The translations under genes and the position numbers were made by a program. From positions 128,001 through 192,000 of the forward strand of contig CAVYSW010000009.1 in the NCBI GenBank assembly GCA_963771275.1: a DNA stretch of 64,000 nucleotides, given 5' to 3'. Source of the DNA: an uncultured Gemmatimonadales bacterium (GTDB taxonomy: Bacteria > Gemmatimonadota > Gemmatimonadetes > Gemmatimonadales > GWC2-71-9). The notes below the pieces were generated by a model, which saw only the letters and a program-made list of their open reading frames with translations, was not told where the DNA came from and ran no database searches. Positions 23,708-31,396 of this stretch are shown here, piece after piece; positions within the stretch are counted from its first letter, which is position 1, and every line of letters starts with the position of its first letter.

Positions 23708-25644
23708 GGCCACATCCTCCACCACAGCAGGCGGAGCCAGCGCACCGGCCCGCGCAGCACCCGCCCGAGCGTCGAGGCGGGCGCGGTGAGCACGCGCGCG
23801 TGGGCGACCATGCCCGGTCGCAGCGCGCCCTCCGGGTTGGGGACGACCGCCCGCACCGCGAACGCGACGTCGGGGGTCGCGTCGAGCGGCAGCGCCCCGA
23901 GGAACGTCACCCGGCCGTAGAACGTGCGTTGCGGCAGCGCGTCCACGCGCAGCCGGACCTCCTGCCCCAGGGCGACCCGCTCGACGTCGCGCTGGCTCAC
24001 CCCGAGATCGAGCTCGAGCGAATCGGTGCGCCCGATCACGAGCAACGAGTCGCCGGCCTCGGGCCGTCGCCCGATCAGCTCCTGCGGGCGCGCCGTCAGC
24101 ACCACGCCGGGCACCAGGCTCCGCACCGTCGCCGCGGCCACCTGCTCGTCGAGCAGGGCGCGCTCACGCCGCAGCGACGCGGCCCGGCCGCGCTGCAGCC
24201 GCTCGGTGGCGGCGTCGCCATGCGCCGCGGCCGCGGCGGCGAGCCGGTCGGCCACGTCCGCTTCCGCCCCCGTCGCTTCCGCAGCCCCGCGCAGCTCGAC
24301 GGTGCGCAGCTGCACGACGGGGTCGCCGCGCCGCACCATCTGCCCCTCGGCCACCAGCACCCGCTCCACCGAGCCGTCCACCAGGGGACGCACCACCACC
24401 CGATCCAGCGCGCGGAACGTCGGCGCGACCCCGACGACCCGGAGCGGCCAGCGAATCAGCGTGAGCGCGGCGAGCGCGAGGGCGGTCGCGGCCACGTACA
24501 CCTGGAGCCGGCGCCGCGGCAGGGCGAACACCGCGCGCTTGGCGCGGGCCACCTTGCCAAGGACGTCCACCAGCGGCACCTGCGCATACAGCTCGGCGTT
24601 GCGGGCGGCCACGGTCGTCTGGTTGGCCAGCACGCCGGCCAGCTCCCGCTGCGTCGCGCTCAGGAAGTCCGGCCGCTCGGCCTCGAAGATCAGCACCCCC
24701 AGCGTCCCCTGCTCGTCCCTGAGCGGCAGGTACAGCCCGCTCCGCGCGGCGTCCGCCGTGAGCCCGTCGCCGAACGCGCTCACGAACGCCCGGGCGTCGT
24801 CGGCCGTGGGGGCCCCGCCATCGGTGAGGTAGAACGGCTCGCCGCGCTCCACCGCCCACGTGCCCCGGCGTGCCAGCCGGCGCACCGCGTCGTCCTTGGG
24901 GTCCACCGCTTCCTGCCCCGCGATCGCCCGGATGTCGAGCCGGCCGTCGTGGTACAGACCGACCGCGCCGCGGTCGAACGGCAGGGCCTGCGTCGCCAGG
25001 TTCACCACCGAGCCCAGCACGCGGTCGAGGTCGAGCGTGGCGGTGATCTCCCGCGAGATCTCGAGCAACAGCGCCAGGTTGCGCGCGCGCTTCTCCGCCT
25101 GGTGCAACTGCGCGTTGCGCAGCGCCACGGCCGCGCTCTCGGCGAGCCCCTCCAGCAGCAGGCGGTCGTTCTCGTCGAAGATGCGCACGCCGCGCACCTT
25201 GTTGTTGACCTGGATCGAGCCGACGGTCTCCCCCTTGGCGACCATCGGCGCGGCCATCACCGTCGTCGTGATCATCGTGCTCGAGCGATCGAGCCGTGCC
25301 TGGAACCGCTCGTCCCGCATGGCGTCGGCCACGATCGTGCTGCGCTGCTTCCGCGCGACGTCGCCGACGAACCCGGTGCCGATCGGCGTCTCGCTGCCCA
25401 CGAGCTTGGCGCTCCCGGGCCCGAGCGCCAGCCGGCACGTGAGCACGTCGCCCTCGGCGATCCAGATGGATCCGCCCTGGGCGCCCAGGGCGTCGAGCAC
25501 GGTGTTGAACACCCGGGGCAACAGCTCGTCGAAGTCCAGCGAGCTGTTGAATTCCTGGCCGATGGCGCGCAGCAGGCGAAGTCGCTCGATTTCAGCGGTC
25601 AGATCGCCCAGGGCGTCCGTCGGGGGGAGGGGAGCCTCGTCCAT
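23704..25644 (-). CDS. Tandem GAF-GAF + TM + HlyD-type membrane-fusion protein
   Basis: Two GAF repeats (FNSSLDFDELL...VALRNAQLH; ITATLDLDRVL...VAARNAELY), TM helix, then VAEGQMVRRGDPV, LRPGMVAHARV. Confidence 0.88.
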   Translation of the reverse strand: MDEAPLPPTDALGDLTAEIERLRLLRAIGQEFNSSLDFDELLPRVFNTVLDALGAQGGSIWIAEGDVLTCRLALGPGSAKLVGSETPIGTGFVGDVARKQRSTIVADAMRDERFQARLDRSSTMITTTVMAAPMVAKGETVGSIQVNNKVRGVRIFDENDRLLLEGLAESAAVALRNAQLHQAEKRARNLALLLEISREITATLDLDRVLGSVVNLATQALPFDRGAVGLYHDGRLDIRAIAGQEAVDPKDDAVRRLARRGTWAVERGEPFYLTDGGAPTADDARAFVSAFGDGLTADAARSGLYLPLRDEQGTLGVLIFEAERPDFLSATQRELAGVLANQTTVAARNAELYAQVPLVDVLGKVARAKRAVFALPRRRLQVYVAATALALAALTLIRWPLRVVGVAPTFRALDRVVVRPLVDGSVERVLVAEGQMVRRGDPVVQLRTVELRGAAEATGAEADVADRLAAAAAAHGDAATERLQRGRAASLRRERALLDEQVAAATVRSLVPGVVLTARPQELIGRRPEAGDSLLVIGRTDSLELDLGVSQRDVERVALGQEVRLRVDALPQRTFYGRVTFLGALPLDATPDVAFAVRAVVPNPEGALRPGMVAHARVLTAPASTLGRVLRGPVRWLRLLWWRMWP

Positions 25645-25733
25645 CGCCGTTCAAGTGGTCGCCGGGTGGGGGCGGTGTCAAGCACCGCAGGTGACAGCCC
25701 GACGCCTCGCCCGTCCGCAGGCCCCCCAATAGA

Positions 25734-25766
25734 CGAATCCCCGCGGCGTGCGGCCGCGGGGATTCG
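25734..25766 (-). terminator. 14-bp GC stem-loop downstream of precursor A3 (attenuator or mRNA stabiliser)
   Basis: CGAATCCCCGCGGC-gtgcg-GCCGCGGGGATTCG perfect inverted repeat; no clear U-tract. Confidence 0.55.
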
Positions 25767-25789
25767 GATCCGGAGAGCGGGAGAGCCGC

Positions 25790-25945
25790 CTACTCCTGGA
25801 GGCGGATCAGCTTGCTCGGCGCGATGCGCTCTTCGAGCTCCTCCACCGACAGCTCCAGCACCTCGGCCTGCTTCCCCGTCGCCTGCTTGATCGCCTTCTT
25901 CTGATCCGCCGTCAGCGCCAGGCGGAACGTCCCCTTCTTCTCCAT
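25790..25945 (-). CDS. Putative precursor peptide A3 (51 aa, core SKLIRLQE)
   Basis: MEKKGTFRLALTADQKKAIKQATGKQAEVLELSVEELEERIAPSKLIRLQE; SD GAGGAGG. Confidence 0.88.
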   Translation of the reverse strand: MEKKGTFRLALTADQKKAIKQATGKQAEVLELSVEELEERIAPSKLIRLQE

Positions 25946-25985
25946 GACCCCTCCTCGGCAAGTGGCTCCACCACGGTGACCGTCC

Positions 25986-26040
25986 ACAATATCGGGAGCC
26001 GCCGTGAACGGGCCGTGAAACGACCTCGCCGGACCGTGAA
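25986..26040 (-). promoter_or_regulatory. Phased TTCACG direct repeats plus -10-like TATTGT
   Basis: CGTGAA on + at 26003, 26014, 26035 (periods 11 and 21); -10-like hexamer 11 nt beyond the proximal box. Confidence 0.65.
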
Positions 26041-26053
26041 ACACCGCCCCACG

Positions 26054-26800
26054 TCACCCCTCGGCGTCCAGGAAGTGCTCGAGGCCCAGCTCGGCAAGCA
26101 GCTGCGGGGCCTCGGTGACCACATGCCAGGTGCGCTCCTGCTCGTTGGCCGCCTCGACGCAGGCATCGAGGTGGCCCCGCTCGTAGGGCGGGAAGTCGCC
26201 GGCCCGCTCCTCCGGCTCCGCCGAGCGCACGGTCAGGGCCCGGGTGGGCCGCGCCGGATCCGCCCACAGCGCGGCACGCCCGCCCGGCGTGATCGAGCAG
26301 CCCGCGGCGTACCCGAACTCGATGCGACCGGTTCCCACCGTGTACGCGATGCCGAATGGGAAGGTGCGGCAGATCGTCGGCCGATGCTCCCAGATGGTGC
26401 AGCGGCGCTCCGCCGGATCGTAGTGCAGACAATGCCCATCCACCGAGCGCATCCGCGGCTGATCGCGCGACGACACCCGGAACGCCCCGCGGACGCTCGC
26501 CAGCAGGCCCGCCGCCCGCAGCCGCACCAGATCCAGGAGGTTGAGGCGGATGCCGGCGTCCGCCGCCCAGCCGGTGCAGCACACCTTGGCGCAGCGGTGC
26601 GGCTGGCAGCGAAACACCCCGTCCCGCCAGGCGCGCGTCACGGTGCGCTCGTCGTCCACCGGCGCCAGCGCCGGATGGGGCGGGACTCCGGCGCGGGACT
26701 CTACCCACCGGATGTACTCGTCGGGAGTGGTCGGGTCGGTCACTTGACGCCTTCCGGGGATGGCCGGCCGGAGCCGCGGGTCGATTGGTGAGCCGCTCAT
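26054..26800 (-). CDS. YkgJ/CxxCxxCC family cysteine-cluster (putative Fe-S) protein
   Basis: FRCQPHRCAKVCC...HCLHYDPAERRCTIWEHRPTICRTFPF. Confidence 0.85.
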   Translation of the reverse strand: MSGSPIDPRLRPAIPGRRQVTDPTTPDEYIRWVESRAGVPPHPALAPVDDERTVTRAWRDGVFRCQPHRCAKVCCTGWAADAGIRLNLLDLVRLRAAGLLASVRGAFRVSSRDQPRMRSVDGHCLHYDPAERRCTIWEHRPTICRTFPFGIAYTVGTGRIEFGYAAGCSITPGGRAALWADPARPTRALTVRSAEPEERAGDFPPYERGHLDACVEAANEQERTWHVVTEAPQLLAELGLEHFLDAEG

Positions 26801-26881
26801 GAACGCCTGAACAACACACCGGACGGTGCCGCCGCACAGCCTGCCCGCTGCGGCACCGTCCGGACGCGGCGGTGGCTGCGA

Positions 26882-27037
26882 CTACTTCAGGAACATCCTC
26901 GCGGGCGCGATCCGCTCTTCGAGCTCCTCGATCTTCAGCTCGAGCGCCTCGGCGTCCCTCCCGGTCGCGGTGCGGATCGCCTTCTTCTGCTCTTCCGTCA
27001 ACGTCAGGCGGAAGGTCCCTCCCTTTTTCGCCGGCAT
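26882..27037 (-). CDS. Putative precursor peptide A2 (51 aa, core ARMFLK); missing from the ORF track
   Basis: Manual translation MPAKKGGTFRLTLTEEQKKAIRTATGRDAEALELKIEELEERIAPARMFLK*; SD GGAGG. Confidence 0.88.
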   Translation of the reverse strand: MPAKKGGTFRLTLTEEQKKAIRTATGRDAEALELKIEELEERIAPARMFLK

Positions 27038-27070
27038 GGTGCTTCCTCCATGTGCTGGGGGTACGTGGGC

Positions 27071-27229
27071 TTAGAACTTGTCGAACAGCTTCGCGGGCGC
27101 GATCCGATCTTCCAGTTCCTCGATCTTCAGCTCGAGCGCCTCGGCGTCCTTCCCGGTCGCGCTGCGGATCGCCTTCTTCTGCTCTTCCGTCAGCGCCAGG
27201 CGGAAGGTGCCTCCCTTCTTCTGCGCCAT
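27071..27229 (-). CDS. Putative precursor peptide A1 (52 aa, core AKLFDKF)
   Basis: MAQKKGGTFRLALTEEQKKAIRSATGKDAEALELKIEELEDRIAPAKLFDKF; SD GAGGAGG. Confidence 0.88.
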   Translation of the reverse strand: MAQKKGGTFRLALTEEQKKAIRSATGKDAEALELKIEELEDRIAPAKLFDKF

Positions 27230-27267
27230 CCATCCTCCTCGTGGACATGGGCCCCTCGGGAACGGTC

Positions 27268-27323
27268 GCAATGTGTTCCGCAAGCGTGAAACCGGCGTGA
27301 ACGACTGCGCCGCGGCGCGTGAA
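27268..27323 (-). promoter_or_regulatory. Phased TTCACG direct repeats plus -10-like CATTGC
   Basis: CGTGAA on + at 27285, 27296, 27318 (periods 11 and 22); same geometry as 25986-26040. Confidence 0.65.
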
Positions 27324-27415
27324 ATACGCCAGGCGGATCGACCGGCCGGGCGACACTTGCCGGGCGGCCGGGCCGGGGTAGGTTAGACGGTGACCCACCC
27401 TGCGGGGCAACGCTG

Positions 27416-29650
27416 GTGCGCCTCACCCTGTTCGGGACCCTTCGGCTGGCGGAGCCTGGTGGCGCCGACCAGGAGCCCCGCCTGGGATCTAAGCCCATGG
27501 CGCTGCTGGCGTTCCTCGCCCTGGAGCCGGGGCTTCACCCGCGCGACGAGCTGGCGACCCTGTTCTGGTCCGACGCCCCCACGTCATCGGCGCGGGCGTC
27601 GTTGCGCCAGGCGCTGCGCGCGGTGCGATCCGCCGTCGGCGACCGGCTCGAGACGGACAATCGGTCCGTCCGCCTGCTCCCCGGACTCACCTGCGATGTC
27701 GCGGAGTTCCGCCGGTCGGTGGAGGAGAACCCGTCCGCCGCCCTGGAGTACGACGTCCCCCGGTTCCTCGCCGGCGTCTCCGTGCGGGGCGCGCCGGCCT
27801 TCGAGGAGTGGGCGGACACCACCAGAGCCGCCCTGCTCCGGCAGTACGCCAAGGCGCTGCGCAAGGCCGGCCGCCAGGCGTTGCGGCTTTCGCGATGGGC
27901 TGAAGGCGCTGCACTGGGCAGGCGATGGCTGAGCATCGAGCCGCTCTCCGCCGAGGCGGCGATCCTCACGGCGGAAGCGCATTTCATGGCGGGAGAGAAC
28001 GGGACCGCGCTGGCGGAGCTCACCGAGCACATGCGCCGGGTGCGCGTGGAGACGGGCGCGGAGCCGGACGGCTCGCTGCGCGCCTTGGCTGAGCGAATCG
28101 CAAAGGCCGGGCGCCACACCGGACGCCGTTCTTCCGAGACGGGGCTGGAACCCGCTTTCGAGACCTCCCTGGTCGGCCGGGAGACCGAGTGGCGCGCGGT
28201 GATGGACGCCTGGTCCGCCGTGACGCGCGGGGAAACGCGTGTCGTGCTGTTCGAGGGGGATCTCGGCATGGGCAAGACACGCCTGGCGGAGGAAGCGCTC
28301 CGCTGGGTCCGCGCGGCCGGCGCCACCGTACTTGATGGCCGGGGATACGATGCCGCCGCCGGGATCGCCTACGCGCCGATCGCCGACGCGCTGAATGACG
28401 CGCTCGACGCCCCGGGCCTGCCGGCGGTGTCCCCCGAATGGCTGGCCGAGGTGGCCCGGTTGCACCCCGGGATTCGCGACCGGTTTCCCGGCCTGCCCGC
28501 CCTGGCCGAGCCGGTCGAAACCGACCGCCGCTGGCGGTTGTTCGAAGCGGTGGCCCAGGTCATTCTCGGATTGGCCGCGGAGCGCCCCACGGCGGTCGCG
28601 ATCGATGATCTGGAGCTGTGCGACGCCGATTCGTGCGCCCTGCTGCAGTTCCTCGCGCAACGGGTCGACGCCGCCCCCGTGCTCTTCCTGTTCACCTCCA
28701 GTCCGGGCGAGGTGGAGCGCACGGCACCGACCGGCCGGCTGTGCCGCACGTTGCGCACCGCGGAGCGGGCGACCGTCGTGTCGCTCGGCGCGCTCGACGC
28801 CGGCGCCGTGTGGCGGCTGGTGCGCCAACTGGCCCGGATTACCGAGCCGGAGGGCGGCCGCCGGCTGGCGGAGCGGCTCCATGCCCTCACGGAGGGCAAC
28901 CCGTTCCACGTCGTCGAGCTGCTGAAGAGCCTGTTCGGGCAGGGGCTGCTGACCGTGGACGCCACCACCGGAGCGTGGCGCGTCGCGCCCGGCGCGACGG
29001 ACGACCTGGGCGGGGCCATCCCCCTGCCGCGGTCGGTTCAGGAAGCCGTGCAGGCCCGCTGCGCGGGGCTTCCCTACGAGCTGCGCGACCTGCTGGCGGT
29101 GGTCGCGGTGGCGGGCCGCCGCGCCTCCACCCATCTGATCTCCCACGTCCTCGGCATGTCACGCCTGCGGGCGGCGGCGCTGGCTGATTCGCTGGTGGAC
29201 CGCAGGCTGCTGGCGCAGGAAGGCGGCGGCTACCGCTGCGCGCACCCCGTGATTCAGGACGTGGTGCGCGCCGGCCTCACCCCCGCCCGCAGCCGGGAGA
29301 TGCACCGCGCGATCGCCTACGCCCTCGAGGAGCTGGCCGACCCGGCGGACGCGGGCGATGTCGCGCGCCACGCGGAGCAGGGCGGCGAGCGCGGGCTCGC
29401 CTACCAGGCCGCGCTGCGTACGGGGGCGGCCGCCGCGGCGCAGCTCGTTCCCGACGACGCCCTGGCCTGGTTCGAGTTCGCCGCCCGCGTCGCCCCGACG
29501 GCGGCAGAGGCCGAGGAGGCAAACCGCCGCGCCGCCGCAGTGGCGGGCGCGGACGCCGCCAAGCCGGCGCGGGCGCGGCGCAGGACGGGCACGCCGGCGC
29601 ACGGCCTGACGCGCCGCGACCTGGACCTCGGAGTCGGCCGGCGGGACTGA
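27416..29650 (+). CDS. SARP-like transcriptional regulator: wHTH + BTAD + AAA/STAND ATPase
   Basis: RLTLFG...ALLAFLAL...RDELATLFW...ARASLRQAL, AFEEW, LVGRETE, Walker A GDLGMGKT, Walker B VAIDD, TEGNPF. Confidence 0.9.
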   Translation: MRLTLFGTLRLAEPGGADQEPRLGSKPMALLAFLALEPGLHPRDELATLFWSDAPTSSARASLRQALRAVRSAVGDRLETDNRSVRLLPGLTCDVAEFRRSVEENPSAALEYDVPRFLAGVSVRGAPAFEEWADTTRAALLRQYAKALRKAGRQALRLSRWAEGAALGRRWLSIEPLSAEAAILTAEAHFMAGENGTALAELTEHMRRVRVETGAEPDGSLRALAERIAKAGRHTGRRSSETGLEPAFETSLVGRETEWRAVMDAWSAVTRGETRVVLFEGDLGMGKTRLAEEALRWVRAAGATVLDGRGYDAAAGIAYAPIADALNDALDAPGLPAVSPEWLAEVARLHPGIRDRFPGLPALAEPVETDRRWRLFEAVAQVILGLAAERPTAVAIDDLELCDADSCALLQFLAQRVDAAPVLFLFTSSPGEVERTAPTGRLCRTLRTAERATVVSLGALDAGAVWRLVRQLARITEPEGGRRLAERLHALTEGNPFHVVELLKSLFGQGLLTVDATTGAWRVAPGATDDLGGAIPLPRSVQEAVQARCAGLPYELRDLLAVVAVAGRRASTHLISHVLGMSRLRAAALADSLVDRRLLAQEGGGYRCAHPVIQDVVRAGLTPARSREMHRAIAYALEELADPADAGDVARHAEQGGERGLAYQAALRTGAAAAAQLVPDDALAWFEFAARVAPTAAEAEEANRRAAAVAGADAAKPARARRRTGTPAHGLTRRDLDLGVGRRD

Positions 29651-29688
29651 GCCCGGCGCGCGCCGCCCGACCCGGCCGGGACCTGCGG

Positions 29689-30123
29689 CTACTGCTTCGT
29701 GGCGGTGATGCTCAGCGTGGCGGCCTCGTCACCCGTGCCGAAGTCGAACTCGACATCCCCGCCCGTCAGCGTGACCGTATTGCCCGACAGGACGAACTGG
29801 AACTCAACGCTGAACGCCTGTCCCGTCTCTTGGAGCGTGAGCAAGTCCAGGCTCGCCGTCCAGGTGCCGGTCGTCGTATCCGGCGCGATCAGGGGCGCGG
29901 TCTGGATCGCCCTCCACGTGCTGTCGGCGGCGAACGTGATGCGGAAGGTGACCCCGAGCGTGATGGCGTCCACCTTCTCCGTCGTGTCGGCCACGCGCGT
30001 GAACTCCATCTTGGTGGCGTTCCACGTGCCGACGAATTCGTCCGTCGGGGGCGCTCCGCTGTCGCTGCACGCTGCCGCCGCAAGCACGAGTCCCGCGATC
30101 ACCATTCCCGCCGCGTTCCGCAT
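29689..30123 (-). CDS. Lipocalin-like beta-barrel lipoprotein
   Basis: Lipobox AAAC; FVGTWNAT motif; paralogue at 44698-45135. Confidence 0.75.
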   Translation of the reverse strand: MRNAAGMVIAGLVLAAAACSDSGAPPTDEFVGTWNATKMEFTRVADTTEKVDAITLGVTFRITFAADSTWRAIQTAPLIAPDTTTGTWTASLDLLTLQETGQAFSVEFQFVLSGNTVTLTGGDVEFDFGTGDEAATLSITATKQ

Positions 30124-30345
30124 GTCGTCTCCCGGTGTATCGACCGCGGTAAGATCGCCCGCGTGCGCTCAAGCAGCGGTGAATTGGACGTGAAGCGCGG
30201 CGTGAAGACCACCAGTGGGCCATAAGGGGAGGACCGGATCAGTGATTCGCCGGGGAGCGTGAAGAGCGCTTCAGGCCCCGTTCACGTCCCTGCCACCAGG
30301 CGCACCGTACCGTTCCCGTTCAGGGACGCTCTCGGACGGGGATCG

Positions 30346-30618
30346 ATGATCACAACCAGCATCACGGTCGAAGACGCCCGCTGGATCGGCGAGGAGCTGG
30401 GCGTCGACTGGGCGGTGGTGGGCGTCGACGAGTTTCGCCACGGCATGGAAGTGGAGCTGGAGCACGGACGGCGTCATCCTCTCACCAACGTCACCAACGA
30501 CGATCTGCTCATGACGGGGAAGATCGCGCTGGCGCACATCGTGGAGTTTCCGGACTACTACCAGCGCCTGGCCAAGATGGAGGCCGAGGCACAGGTGTAC
30601 TGGGCCCGCCGGAAGTAG
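30346..30618 (+). CDS. DUF5661-like small protein
   Basis: EFRHGMEVELEHG...TNVTNDD...TGKIALAH..EFPDYYQRL. Confidence 0.75.
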   Translation: MITTSITVEDARWIGEELGVDWAVVGVDEFRHGMEVELEHGRRHPLTNVTNDDLLMTGKIALAHIVEFPDYYQRLAKMEAEAQVYWARRK

Positions 30619-30631
30619 CGCGCGGCGCACC

Positions 30632-31312
30632 ATGGCGAAGCAGTACGTGTCCAATGCGGACGTCTCGGTGCGGATCTTCCAGAGCGACGTCCTGGAGTGG
30701 TTCAGCCATGTGCACCCCGCCGTGCCCCACGTCCTCTACTGGCCGGTCGTCGCGGTGATGCTGTGGCTCGGCGCGGCCCGCGGTGCGGCGCCGGGCCGCG
30801 TCGCGCTGCTGTTCGCCGCGGGTGCGCTGCTGTGGACCATCGCCGAGTATCTCGTCCATCGCTTCACGTTCCACGCCGGTCCGACGATCGAGGGCGACGT
30901 CCGCCAGATCGTCGCGGGACTCGCGCCCGGCGAGCCCGCGCTGCGGGCCATGCGCACGTTGCGGCAGAAGCAGTATTTCCTGGCGCACGGTGTGCACCAC
31001 GACTTCCCGAACGACACGGGGCGGCTCGTCATGCCACCGTCGGTGAGCATCCCGCTCGCCGTCGGGTTCTTTGCGCTGTTTCGCTGGGCGTTCGGCGCGG
31101 CCGACGGACCGGCCCTGTTCGCGGGCCTGGTGGCCGGGTATATCGCGTATGACACGATCCACTACGCGGTGCACCACTTCTCGCTGCGCGGCCCGATCCT
31201 GCTGTTCCTCAAGAAGCACCACTTTCGCCACCACTATCAGGATGCGACGAAGAACTTCGGCGTGAGCAGCCCCCTGTGGGATTTCGTCGCCGGCACGTTC
31301 AGTCGCGGATAG
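30632..31312 (+). CDS. Fatty acid hydroxylase/sterol desaturase family
   Basis: EYLVHRFTFH, HGVHHDFP, RLVMPP, YDTIHYAVHH, HHFRHHY, NFGVSSPLWD. Confidence 0.9.
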   Translation: MAKQYVSNADVSVRIFQSDVLEWFSHVHPAVPHVLYWPVVAVMLWLGAARGAAPGRVALLFAAGALLWTIAEYLVHRFTFHAGPTIEGDVRQIVAGLAPGEPALRAMRTLRQKQYFLAHGVHHDFPNDTGRLVMPPSVSIPLAVGFFALFRWAFGAADGPALFAGLVAGYIAYDTIHYAVHHFSLRGPILLFLKKHHFRHHYQDATKNFGVSSPLWDFVAGTFSRG

Positions 31313-31396
31313 CTCACCGGGGGAGTGCGGCGGCCCGACGTCGCCGGCGGCGCCCCCGCGTCATACCTTAGGACCTCCGGCCGAACGGAGCCACGG

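Noticed and set aside
25790..27229. Precursors as daptides, PqqA, lanthipeptides or lasso peptides
   Set aside because: No C-terminal Thr and no dehydrogenase/aminotransferase/methyltransferase set; no ExxxY core; no Cys; no cyclase gene
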